Shown: positions 35,894 through 48,324 of the stretch, in pieces
Layout: each line of letters opens with the position of its first letter
How positions within the stretch are numbered: position 1 is the first letter of the stretch
Source of the DNA: Octopus sinensis
Lineage: Eukaryota
Reading direction: 5' to 3'
DNA length: 64,000 nt
Assembly (NCBI RefSeq): GCF_006345805.1
Contig: NC_043022.1
Span: 15,438,001-15,502,000 of the forward strand
Position numbers and translations under genes: made by a program
The notes under the pieces: model-generated
The model's database searches: none
Seen by the model: the letters and a program-made list of their open reading frames with translations, nothing else
What the model was told of the DNA's origin: nothing

Positions 35894-36500
35894 TAGCAAG
35901 TGAAGCGGCTGACCTCCCCTGTTCGAAGGCTGTAATGGACGCAGGTTCGTGTGTCAAATAGCTAGCTAGAGGCGATGGCCTCTTGGAGCTAATCAGCGAC
36001 AGCTTTAGTCTTATATTTATGGACTGCCATATTAGTTTGGCGATAACTATTAATATCCAGTAACACTGCCGTAATCTCCTTTAGAGAGACTTAGTAATTT
36101 TAATATTTCTATTATTATTATTATTATTATTATTATTGCATAACATGTATCATATTTTCCCAGAATTCCTCAAATCATTTCATCAGGAAGAGGTTTGTCA
36201 AGACATTTTGAAATGCCAAAAATTATCAATCAAACTGGCAGGAAATTTCTCTTGTGGCAGGTGTCATAGAGTGAAACAAAACTGCAAGATGTGCAAGCAA
36301 CCTCAATGAATACCTGCAATTTTTTTAACGAATCTTCACAACATTGCTGAGTCACCTGAGGCAGAAAGGTGTAGCTCTCTTTAAATACGATCCCCTTTGT
36401 ATTAATCAGATTGTTGCACTACACTGTAGCAAGGTCATATGGTGGTGTGTGTGTGTACGTGTATGTATATGTGTGAGTGCATGTGTATGTATGTGTGTAT

Positions 36501-36534
<34 letters not shown>

Positions 36535-36666
36535 TAGATTGATAGGCAGATAAACAGATATATATAGAATAGATAAATGTATTAGACATATATATTTATA
36601 TTATATATACATATATAATATACATATATATATATATATATATATACATATGTATATATATGTGTG

Positions 36667-36740
<74 letters not shown>

Positions 36741-37160
36741 TAATAATGGTAAGACAACAAAAGAATGAAAGAGACCTCGATACTATGTAAATAGAGGAAT
36801 TTATGTGTAATATGATATATTCCGTGCCGGTGGCACGTAAACGGCACCCACTACACTCATGGAGTGGTTGGCATTAGGAAGGGCATCCAGCTGTAGAAAT
36901 ACTGCCAGATCAGACTGGAGCCTGGTGCAGCCTCCTGACTTCCCAGACCCCGATCAAACTGTCCAACCCATGCTAGCATGGAAAATGGACGTTAAACGAT
37001 GATGATAATGATGATGATGATGATATATATATATATATATATACTGTACCATGATAGAAAAGATATATATATATATCATCATCATCGTTGTTGTTTAACG
37101 TCCGCTTTCCATGCTAGCATGGGTTGGACGATTTATAGATATGTATATATCTATATATAT

Positions 37161-37561
37161 ACTAGCAGTATCGCCCGGCGTTGCTTGGGTTAGTAAGGGA
37201 AATAACTATATAAGCATTTTTAGAAATGTAAAGTATAATAGCCATCTCAATATGGCTAACCACAAAGGGGGGGGGGTGTTACTGTAGCTTTTTACGTTCT
37301 GAGATTTAAAAATAAATTTTTAGAGAGTTACTTCCCTTATATATGCCAAAAATGCATTAAAAATGGGAAAAATTGATGGTAAATTATTTTTAAAATCATA
37401 GACTCATCGTAGACGCGCGCTAATACCCAGAAGGCCTCGATATGAATCACGACTATAAGATACCCGCTTTTGGTTAAACTGCACCGCAAAATGTGGGAAT
37501 AGTTAGGAATCTAAATCGTAGGAGACAGACAGCACACAATCTCACTTTTATATATAAAGAT
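37161..37561 (+). mobile_element. Helitron/Helentron-like non-autonomous element (DINE-1/HINE-like)
   Basis: actagcag 5' end with a cccg...(c/t)ggg hairpin, gacagacag microsatellite near the 3' end, ttttatatataaagat terminus, AT-flanked insertion with no TSD. A second copy lies inverted at 41243-41642. Confidence 0.7.
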
Positions 37562-37610
<49 letters not shown>

Positions 37611-37960
37611 TATATATATGCATGCATCATCTATTTGCTCGTATATTTACCCTTCAAAATACCTTTCCATAGCAAATTTGTTCTGCAGGTATCTTATGTC
37701 CCGTGTTTGACAAATCTTTTCCATGACACCGTTTTTTGTTATCTCTTGCTCAAGCTTGCTTCTTGTTGTTCTTCTTATTGTTGCTGTGATTGTAATTCAT
37801 CTCGTTGTTGTTGTTGTTGTAGCTGCAGACAGTTTTATTTCGTAAGTATACCATCGATCGATCATATTTCAAACTTTATCTCGTGGTCGTAAATTTTCTC
37901 GTGAAGAAGCCAAAGAGCCAACTGCACCAACCTCCTCACCCTGTAACAGATATTAAATTA

Positions 37961-38295
37961 TACAAGGCAATAAAGGAGCCTGTCCTTGGTCACTGGACTT
38001 GCTAGAAATAGCAGACAAATCTCCCTCAATTACAAGACAATAACAGAGCCGTACTTGGCCAATTAATCTGCAAAAAATAGCTGCCAAATCTTCTCCAACT
38101 ACAAGACAATAAAGAAACATGTACTTGCTCAACTGACCTTCAAGAATTGGCAGCCAAATCTCCCTCAAATGCAAGACAATAAAGAAGTCTGCACTTGGTC
38201 ATTTGACCTGTTAGAAATAGCAGCCAAATCTCCCTCAAATACAAGACAATAAAGAAGCCTGTACTTGACCACTTGACCAAATCTCCCTGAAAATC
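37961..38295. repeat. Degenerate 70-bp tandem repeat, ~4.8 copies
   Basis: acaagacaataaaga...gcagccaaatctccctcaaat at 37961, 38031, 38101, 38171 and 38241. Confidence 0.85.
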
Positions 38296-38843
38296 ACAGC
38301 CCACATGGGCACCAATACAATTGCTTTACACCAGCAGAAAGATCGATCTTAACACTACTGCTGTGCAGATGTATTAAGGTAATATGTGGTTATATAAGCA
38401 ACTCATTTATAACCGCATATTACCTTAATATATCTGACTAATATGAGCATAATGAGATACTCTTATCTACATGGCTGAAACAGCTGTAAGATCTATTTTA
38501 TATTTATATGTATTGTTCTTATGGTATTATTTTACTCATTGATGTGTACTGTTTTATTCTGTATTATTCTGTTTGATCTGGATGTTCCTAATTAATTAGT
38601 TAATAAATTATATGAATTGGTATTATCTAGTAGTTGATGATTGATAAAAATCTATTCCTCCATTTTCTTATTTTGTATTATGAATTTGAGGTAAAACATT
38701 TTACCTTCGCCCATATAATACAATAAATGAAATAATTGCATTGTAATTCTTAGCATTTATGTATTAGCCTTTCTGGGTACTTTACTGGCAGTATATTGGA
38801 TATATGTTATCCCATAGTGGGTTACACTCACAACCCCTATCTC

Positions 38844-38901
<58 letters not shown>

Positions 38902-38904
<3 letters not shown>

Positions 38905-39120
38905 CCCTTAGCATTCAAATTACTTTGTCAAATCTAATCCTTTTTATCCACATAGTTTTGAATTAACCATATTAAATATCCATTATCTTGTAGCTTCAAG
39001 ATTTTGGATTTATTTGTAGAATGGCATTGCAAGGCAAGTGAGAGAGGCTGGATCTTGCCAGTTTCAACATAAAACAGGTCGAATATTTGGGCCGAATATG
39101 GCCAGTCTAAACACAAAAGA
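38902..39120 (+). mobile_element. Degenerate MITE-like repeat (aacccttagcatt...); 3' part recurs at ~60524-60586 ending aatgctaaagggttaa
   Basis: Shared aacataaaaca.gt.gaatattt.gg...gatat.gccagt block; CCC/GGG-TTAA-type termini. Confidence 0.5.
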
Positions 39121-39499
39121 TTCAGAGTATGTCTTGCTCTATTTAGTGGGGACTGAATTTACCTTTGAATTTCTCCCAACACATTATTTCCGCCACACAA
39201 TGGCATTGTTGAGAGTGTTGGCCAACTATTCGAAAAATTTGACCAAACAATGGAGTGGACATTTATGTGAAGTTGTATCAGAAGATATTTGTATTCTGCA
39301 TTGTGGGGATGAAAGTAAAGAAAGAAGGAAATAAGAATGTGAGAGTATTGTTTTACTGGTGAATGTCAGGTAAAAGTCAGGGGAGAAGACAGGTGAGAAG
39401 ATTGTTTGTAGTTATAGGAGTTGCACAAAGGGATTTTTCAGGTGAAGGAAATATTTCAATACAGGAATAATTTGATGATTGTGAACTTTTTGTTGATAG

Positions 39500-39774
39500 G
39501 AGGGTGGGGGAGAGGAGAGAAGAGAGACAGGCAGAAGGAGAGAGGGGGAGACTGAGAAAGAGAGAGGAGAGACAGAGCAAGAGAGAGACTGAGGGAAAGA
39601 GAGGGAGAGGACAAAGGGAGAGGGATAGCGGACAGAGAGAGAGAGAGGGAGAAAGAGAGACTCAGTGGAAGAGAGAGAGGGAGAGGGAGGGAGAGAGAGA
39701 GCAAGAGAGAGACTGAGGGAAAGAGAGGGAGAGCAGACAGAGAGAGAGAGGACAAAGGGAGAGGGATAGCGGAC

Positions 39775-39806
<32 letters not shown>

Positions 39807-40045
39807 AGAGAAAAACACAGAGCAAGAGAGACTGAAGCAGAGAGAGAGAGAGAGGGAGAGAGATAGAAGGAAAGAGGGAGAGACAGAGGGATAGAGGAGA
39901 GAGGGAGAGGGAGAGAGGGAGGGAGATAGAGGAGAGAGGGAGAGAAACAGGAGAAGAAAGAGAAAGACAAAGAGGCAGAGGGAGAGAAAAAGAGAGACAG
40001 ACAGACAGAGAAAGAGACAGAGGTGGAGAGAGAGACAGACAGACT
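39500..40045. repeat. GA-rich low-complexity tract
   Basis: Direct reading. Confidence 0.85.
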
Positions 40046-40428
40046 GGCAAACAGACTTATGTAAGTGTGGATCGGTTAACCTTTCCTTGCTCAGCCCTTG
40101 CCTTCCTCCATGTTCCTGATTGCGTTTCAGGGTGTTACTGTCCCAGATGCAGGCAGGGTGGCGGAGGGGTACTTTAAACCTCCAATGTCTGATGACAGGC
40201 TGACTGTATGCCAGAGAGAGAGATAGAGATAGATAGATAGATAGATAGATATAGAGAGATAGAGAGGACCTATCAAGACTATTATCACAACCATCACCAC
40301 CATCAACAACAACCACAATTACTACTACTACTACTACTACTACTACTACCAAGACAACGAGGATGATGACAACCACCACGACCACTACTGCTACTACTAC
40401 TACCAAGCCAACTATGACGACGACCATG

Positions 40429-40465
<37 letters not shown>

Positions 40466-40859
40466 AATTCAGGGCCTGGTTTAACACTGCACTACCTACC
40501 TCAGAGCAGGGGGCTCCTTTGGGGGGTACCTTAAATAGGGTCCACTATGTTGCTGGTTATTGAAGACACAACTTCCTCAGGTCAGTTCCTGTCCTGACCC
40601 TTACTGACCCTTACCAATTAATTAGAAAAAAAATAAAAAATCATAACAAGCAAATAAATAAACAAAAATGTATGACATTCAATTCATGTAAGGAATTCTT
40701 GATGTTGTTGCTGTTGTTGTTGTTGAACCAAGATAAAGCAGGGAGAAGATAACAGCCGAAACCTGTTAACAACAAACAAGATGAGAACAAATATTCGTCG
40801 AATGTAAATAATGTAAAGAATGTATATATACACATACATACACATATATATATATATAT

Positions 40860-41057
40860 CTTTACTTGTTTCAGTCATTTGACTGCGGCCATGCTGGAGC
40901 ACCACCTTTAGTCGAGCAAATCGACCCCGGGACTTATTCTTTGTAAGCCCAGTACTTATTCTATCGGTCTCTTTTGCCGAACCGCTAACTGACGGGGACG
41001 TAAACACACCAGCATCGGTTGTCAAGCAATGCTAGGGGGACAAACACAGACACACAA

Positions 41058-41092
<35 letters not shown>

Positions 41093-41237
41093 CGACAGGC
41101 TTCTTTCAGTTTCCGTCTACCAAATCCACTCACAAGGCATTGGTCGGCCCGGGGCTATAGCAGAAGACACTTGCCCAAGATGCCACGCAGTGGGACTGAA
41201 CCCGGAACCATGTGGTTGGTTAGCAAGCTACTTACCA
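40860..41237 (-). mobile_element. Family A SINE, head truncated by the adjacent Helentron-like element
   Basis: Matches family A up to gctacttacca, then switches to atctttatatataaaagt. Confidence 0.85.
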
Positions 41238-41242
41238 TATAT

Positions 41243-41641
41243 ATCTTTATATATAAAAGTGAGGTTGTTTGCTGTCTGTCTCCTATGATTTAGATTCCTA
41301 ACTACTCCCACATTTTGCGGTGCAGTGTAACCAAAAGTGGATATCTTATAGTAGTGATTCATATCGAGCCCTTCTGGGTATTAGCGCGTGTCTACGATTA
41401 GTCTACGATTTTAAAAAGAATTTACCATCAATTTTTCCCATTTTTAATGAATTTTTGGCATATATAAGGGAAGTAACTCTCTAAAAATTTATTATTAAAT
41501 CTCAGAACGTAAAAAGCTACAGTAACACCCCACCTCTTTGTGGTTAGCCGTATTGAGATGGCTATTATACTTTACATCTCTAAAAATGCTTATATAGTTA
41601 TTTCCCCTACAAACCCGAGCAACGCCGGGCGATACTGCTAG

Positions 41642-41642
<1 letters not shown>
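41243..41642 (-). mobile_element. Helitron/Helentron-like non-autonomous element, inverted copy of 37161-37561
   Basis: Reverse-complement match over ~400 bp including both termini. Confidence 0.75.
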
Positions 41643-41675
<33 letters not shown>

Positions 41676-41961
41676 TAAAATAATATAGGGTAGCAACATT
41701 TTAGAGATTTCCCTACCAGTGACCTACCATGTATAATGAGCCAATAGACAACATATTTTCCATATAAAATTAGTCTACATTTAAACACTAAGTTCAAAAC
41801 TTAGGTCTGACCGAAAAAAACATGGTAAAAGTTTTTCATTCCCTTCGAAATCGCTCCTAAATGTGATTTTGGACGTTTCGACTGCTCCTTCTAGCATATA
41901 AGGCAGCCTGTTAAGGGTCGCCTATTTTGCGTTTAAATATATATATATATATATATATATC

Positions 41962-42225
41962 ACCGTGACCGACCAGGCTATCAGATGTTGCTACACATCG
42001 CTGGTCACAATGCGCTTCGCATTGCTTTAGCTTTCAAATGACGCCACCCTGCTGGCTAAGCGAGCAGGCCAACAGAAGAAAGAGTGAGAGAAAGTTGGGA
42101 CGAAAGAGTACAGCAGGGACCGCCACCACCCCCTTGTGGAGCTTTAGGTGTTTTCGCTCAATAAACACTCACAACGCCCGGTCTGGGAATCGAAACCGTG
42201 ATCCTACGATCCACTGGGCCATTGC
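41962..42225 (-). mobile_element. tRNA-headed SINE (family H), single copy here
   Basis: The minus strand begins ggatcgtaggatcacggtttcgattcccagaccgggcg (B-box-like), and the element abuts a TA microsatellite at its 3' end. Confidence 0.55.
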
Positions 42226-42452
42226 ACCTCCACATATATATATATATATAGATATATATAAAACTTACTTGTTAATACAAATTTGGTGCGTGTGGCGTTC
42301 CATTACTTAAATGAAAAAAAATTTTAAAATGTATGGTAAATAAAGAAATTATATAACATGTATGGAGTACACAACCAGAGAGGAGGCAAACACAGAGGGT
42401 CCCTAATTCTTCATCAGTTATCAACCAAATGGTAATACTCAGTTTTGTACCA

Positions 42453-42670
42453 TTAACCCTTTCATTACCAACCCAGCTGAAACCAGCTCTGGCTCTGAGT
42501 ACAAATGTCTTGTTTTCATAAGTTTTGAATAAAGATCTTCCACCGAACCTTAGTCACAATTTATGTTCCTAACACTAGCTTAATGATTTCACTAAATTCT
42601 TTATTATATTTAAAATTAATTGAAAGAAACACAGAGCATCTCAAAATAAATACAGTAAGGAAAGGGTTAA
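42453..42670. mobile_element. MITE with TTAA flanks and CCC...GGG termini (piggyBac-type)
   Basis: ttaaccctttc ... gaaagggttaa; internal sequence recurs at 8051 and 16636. Confidence 0.8.
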
Positions 42671-42887
42671 TGGTAAGAGTGAGGACTTCCCATATTGGTG
42701 ATGCCTGCAAAAAAATTTTTTTATGGAGAATTCAGGGCCAAGAACAAACAAAACAACACAGAATGTGGTTTAGGACGGTGGACAAGGATGAACAGAAGAG
42801 CAAAATATGGCCTTAGGGCCAAGAAAACAAGAATAGTGGGTAACAGAAGATATCCTAAAGGGTAGAGAACGGAGAGGGAGAGAATTG

Positions 42888-42919
<32 letters not shown>

Positions 42920-43309
42920 AGTCACCTGGATTTTCTGAATCCAACACCCTATTTTTACAATAAATACAGATGTGTGTACAAGCTTGTGTACAGGTATTTA
43001 AATGAGTGTGTGTGTGTGTAGGAATTTGCTGCATTCCAAAAGAGTGTGAAAGAAATAAAAAACAAAAGACGATAAAAACCAAACAAAAAACCCCAAAAAA
43101 AGTGTCAAAAAACAAAATGAACAAAAATATTTGCAAAGCATTATAAATTGGGTTTTGAATACATAAAATGATAAGATAAAACCAGCGGTATATAATGTGT
43201 GTCTGTGTTTGCTTCTAAACAGTATGCTCACTTCAACAAAAAATGTGACCTACAAGTGGCGCTGATGTCCCTTCCCTTGGCAAGAAACTGTCCACTCGTT
43301 TGGTACCAC

Positions 43310-43540
43310 CACCATCTATCTATCTATCTGTATATCTGTAGGTCTATCTGTCTGTCTATCTATGTATCTATCTATTGATCTGTCTATCTGTCTGTCTATC
43401 TATGTATCTATCTATTGATCTGTCTATCTGTCTGTCTATCTATGTATCTATCTATTGATCTGTCTATCTGTCTGTCTATCTATGTATCTATCTATCTATC
43501 TGTATATCTGTAGGTCTATCTGTCTGTCTATCTATGTATC
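43310..43540. repeat. TATC/TCTG-based minisatellite
   Basis: Direct reading. Confidence 0.85.
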
Positions 43541-44079
43541 TGGCTGACTCTCCCAGGATTTTGCAATCTTCATTATCGGTGACTGCTTCTGGGGTTTGTT
43601 TATACCACGTCTTTGTTCTTTATAGGCCGTGATTGCTACAGAGTTGGTGCTTTTACATGCCACCGGCATGAGAGCTAGTCAGGCTGTACTGGCAACAGCC
43701 ACGCTCAAATGATGCTTTTTATGTGCCACCTGCACAAGAGCCAGTCCGGTGGCACTGGCAACGACCTCACTCGAATGTTTGCCTCTCCCTCGGATAACAT
43801 TGGTGGCATGGAGAAGGGAAGCTGATATGCATGGATGACTGCAGGTCTTCCATAAAAACATTCCTTGCCCAGATTTGTAACTCAGTGGGGAACTTTCTAG
43901 GTGCAATCCCATGGTCATTCGTGACCGAAGGGTTCTTTACCTTTTTACCTTGAACATTAGGTCTCACAGAGGCAATGACGAAAGACCGAAGACTGTAAAG
44001 ACCCGACAAATAACGTGAGTTCATGGCTGTTTCCTGCACAAGCTTCACATAGAAGCCCCAGCCCATCCAAAGTACCTTG

Positions 44080-44996
44080 GATCGCAGGACGGCCTGCTGT
44101 GCTTACCTTGGATCGTAGGGCGACCTGCTGCGCTTGAGGAGACCTATTGAGTCAAGTACATCAACATCAAAAAATCAAATGGAAATCGTAGTTGTGATAC
44201 CTGTGCCGGCGGTACGTAAAAAGCACCAAACAATTGTGGCCATTGCCAGCCTCCCCTGGCACATAAAAAGCACCAACCGATTGTGGCCGTTGCCAGCCTC
44301 CCCTGGCACATAAAAAGCACCAACCGATTGTGACCATTGCCAGCCTCCCCTGCACATAAAAAGCACCAACCGATTGTGGCCATTGCCAGCCTCCCCTGGC
44401 ACATAAAAAGCACCAACCGGTTGTGACCATTGCCAGCCTCCCCTGGCACATAAAAAGCACCAACCGATTGTGGCCATTGCCAGCCTCCCCTGGCACATAA
44501 AAAGCACCAACCGATTGTGGCAATTGCCAGCCTCCCCTGGCACATAAAAAGCACCAATCAATTGTGGCCATTGCCAGCCTCCCCTGGCACATAAAAAGCA
44601 CTAACCGATTGTGGCCGTTGCCAGCCTCCCCTGGCACATAAAAAACACCAACCGATTGTGGCCGTTGCCAGCCTCCCCTGGCACATAAAAAGCACCAACC
44701 GATTGTGGCCATTGCCAGCCTCCCCTGGCACATAAAAAGCACCAACTGATTGTGGCCGTTGCCAGCCTCCCCTGGCACATAAAAAGCACCAAACGATTGT
44801 GGCTGTTGCCAGCCTCCCCTGGCACATAAAAAGCACCCACTACACTCAAGGAGTGGTTGGCGTTAGGAAGGGCATCCAGCTGTAGAAACACTGCCAGTTC
44901 AGACTGGAGCCTGGTGCAGCCTCCTGGCTTCCCAGACCCCGGTCGAACCGTCCAATCCATGCCAGCATGGAAAGCGGACGTTAAACGATGATGATG
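44080..44996 (+). mobile_element. RTE 3'-UTR copy containing a 47-bp minisatellite (~13 units, ~44205-44838)
   Basis: Unit gcacataaaaagcaccaaccgattgtggccgttgccagcctcccctg, followed by the standard family C 3' end and a GAT tail. Confidence 0.9.
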
Positions 44997-45408
44997 TGTG
45001 TGCGTGTGTAGCAAGAAATGAGAAAATGGCAGCAATCAGTGTGATCAATAAGATCCAACAGATCAAATATAGAACAGATCAATACCCCAAACAATCAGCA
45101 ACTACCTGTATTCCATTATTCAGTTCTTCCAAACATTGAACAAATAGTTCTGCTTCATTTCTTTCCATTCCTTGTTTTGTCACAGACAATCATCATGACC
45201 ACCACTCACTGTAGAGGTGCGTGGCTTAGTGGTTAGGATGTTGGACTCGAGATTGTAAAATTGTGGTTTCGATTCCTGGACCGGGCGGCACATTGTCTCC
45301 TTCAGCAAGACACTTCATTTTCACATCAGTCCAGTCCGCTCAGCCGGCAAAAATGAGTAACGCTGAGACAGACTGGCGTCCCATCCAGCTGGCGGAATAT
45401 ATGCACCA

Positions 45409-45639
45409 AGGCGACGAGCTGGCAGAATCGTTAGCACGCCAGGCAAAATGCTCAACGGTATTTCGTCTGCATTACGTTGTGAGTTCAAATTCCGCCGAGG
45501 TCGACTTTGCCTTTCATCCTTTCGGGGTCGATAAATTAAGTACCAGTTACGCACTGGGGTCGATGTAATCGACTTAATACCTATGTCTGTCCTAGTTTGT
45601 CCTCTCTGTGTTTAGCCCCTTGTGGGCAATAAAGAAATA
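45409..45639 (+). mobile_element. Full-length SINE family B (Meta-domain-like) with a 15-bp TSD, nested in an older tRNA-SINE (~45213-45690)
   Basis: TSD ggaatatatgcacca at 45394-45408 and 45640-45654. Confidence 0.92.
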
Positions 45640-45953
45640 GGAATATATGCACCATGGGAACCGGGAAACCGGCCCTTAAGAGATAGCATGATTCGAGAAG
45701 GTGACTTTTACCTTCTTTTTACCAAATCATGGCTCATAAACAGATAATATCCTGAGAAAATTCCTTCATATTTCTCATCAAGTTTCGTCTCTTTTCACTT
45801 GTTTTCTATAAGCCAGGTTAACGGTCTGTTGCTTCTTATTCAGCTCTTTGTTAAAAAATATTAACATTGCTTATATTGTTGTATGTATGTATGTATGTAT
45901 GTGTGTGTGTGTGTGTATATATATACATATATATATATGTATGTATAATATTA

Positions 45954-46223
45954 ATAAATTAGAGAAAAAGCACTATCATGTAATTCAAACAATGCTAGTC
46001 ATAAACCATACCATATAGAAAAAAAATTAAATATATTATATAACATATTATATAACATATAGCTAGATCACAAAAAGTACAAAAATGAATAAACTGCTTA
46101 TTCATTTTTTTGTACTTTTAGTGATCTAGTTATATGTTTTAAAATATATTTTATTTCTTCTTTATGATTTGGTTCATGTCTATCCTTGTTTGAATTACAT
46201 AATGGTGTTTTTTCTCTAATTTA
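45954..46223. repeat. ~270-bp imperfect AT-rich foldback
   Basis: ataaattagagaaaaagcac...gtaattcaaacaa / ttgtttgaattac...ttttctctaatttat; inner arms tagatcac..aaagtacaaaaatgaataa / ttattcattttttgtacttt..gtgatcta. Confidence 0.8.
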
Positions 46224-46846
46224 TATATATCATATATTTATATTGTGAAATTTGATTTAATACTAAATTGAATTTTTCCCTGTAAGTTTGGAGTTATACT
46301 CCCTAATATTATTATTATTATATGTATGTATATAGATATGTGTGTGTGTGTGTGTGTGTGTATAATCTATTTGTTGTTTATCACCACCTGTCTTCGTCTT
46401 TTGTTTTTTTGTGAATTCTCCAACTGGCTTCCGTGCGAGTGGCACATAAAAGGTATCATTTGAATGTGATCATTACCAGCGCCGCCTTACTGGCACTTGT
46501 GCCCCGTGCTAGTAGGGTGCTAAGAGCACCATCTGAGCATGATCGTTGCCACAGCGGCTAACTAGCTTGAGTGTTGGTGGCACGTAAAAGGCAGCATTCA
46601 AGTGTGATCGTTAACAGCGTCGCCTTACTGGCACTTGTGCCTGTGGCACGTGAAAAAACATTCGAGCGAGGTCATTGCCAGTACTGCCTGACTGGCCCCT
46701 GTGCTGGTGGCACGTAAAAGCACCCACTACACTCTCGGAGTGGTTGGCGTTAGGAAGGACATCCAGCTGTAGAAATTCTGCCAGATAGAGATTGGAACCT
46801 GGTAGCATGGAAACCAAACGTTAAATGATGATCATCATCATCGATG

Positions 46847-46877
<31 letters not shown>

Positions 46878-47462
46878 CGATTTATATGTGATAATATATA
46901 TATATACATACGATTTATATACATACATACATACGATTTATATATGTGATAATATCATCATCATCATTTAACGTCCGCTTTCCATGCTAGCATGGGTTGG
47001 ACGGTTCAACTGGGGTCTGGGGAGCCCGAAAGCTGCACCAGTCCAGTCAGATCTGGCAGTGTTTCTACAGCTGGATGCCCTTCCTAACGCCAACCACTCC
47101 GAGAGTGTAGTGGGTGATTTTATGTGCCACCGACACAGGTGCCAGACGAGGCTGGCAAACGGCCACGCTCGGATGGTGTTTTTTATGTGCCACCGACACA
47201 GGTGCCAAACGAGGCTGGCAGACGGCCACGCTCAGATGGTGTTTTTATGTGCCACCGACACAGGTGCCAGATGAGGCTGGCAAACGGCCACGATCGGATG
47301 GTGTTTGTTACATGCCCACATCACGGAGGCCAGTCGATGCGGTACTGGCTACGGCCACGTTCGGATGGTTTTCTTGTGTGCCACGTGCCACCGGCACTAC
47401 GATTTATATATGTGATAATATATATATATATATATACATACATACGATTTATACATGTGATA

Positions 47463-47495
<33 letters not shown>

Positions 47496-48284
47496 TATAT
47501 GTGATAATATATATATTTGCTTAGGTAAATATATCTATACAGGGCTTCCTATCTATCTACCCTCATACCTGTCCCACACCCCTACACACAGCAATAACCT
47601 GTCTGGTTAATCAAGTCCTGTACATTCAATAGAACAGGTTGTTAAAATCCCACCCCACCCCTCCCTGCACTCATCACCCCTAAAGCACCCCTAAGCAGAG
47701 GAGTGGATTTAAGGAGAGGTGGGACAGTGGGGGGGGAGGAGGCTAGGGATGGACAGGTCCTACTTTCTTCTCCCCTTTTCCCTACTTAAAGGGATCATAT
47801 TGTGTTCAAGAAATAATATAGGCTTAACTGAAGTGTTGGCTTGGGACTCCTGTTTATTTAATGGTGGCGGGGGGGGGGGAATAGGGGTTACCTGGATGTT
47901 AGGGTTATGGTAGTAGCGCTGGTGGCAGTGGTGACTGTGTTGATGGTGGTGGTGATGGTAGCAGTGATGGCGGTGTTGGTGGCGATGGTGATGCTGATAG
48001 TGGTGGTGGTGATGGTAGTGTTGGAGGTGATGATAATGATGGGGTATGTGGTTGCCATAGTGACAGTGTCAGTGGTGGTCTTGAAGGTGGCAGTGATAAT
48101 GGTTAAAAAAAAACCCATTTTAACAACCCTTTCCTCTCTTAATCCTTCTCTTTCCCTCCTTCCTCTCTCATCCTCTCTTTGTACCTCTGTGTACCTTGGG
48201 TATGTGCTGTAGTTTGTTGTGGTGCTCTTAATTTTACTGTATTGAAAGTGTTTTACATAGGATGTGTGCGGTTCCTAGTAGTGC

Positions 48285-48321
<37 letters not shown>

Positions 48322-48324
<3 letters not shown>

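Larger units (their letters stand above)
35472..36115 (+). mobile_element. 361-bp tandem unit (~1.8 copies) carrying a hammerhead ribozyme fold; candidate non-LTR retrozyme
   Basis: gggtctgactacgctgcattgataaag... starts at ~35472 and ~35833. The copies are near-identical and unrelated to other repeats in the window. Confidence 0.7.

Noticed and set aside
36170-36310. Plus-strand acceptor (ttttcccag) followed by ~48 open codons
   Set aside because: No recognisable domain and a weak donor; expected by chance.
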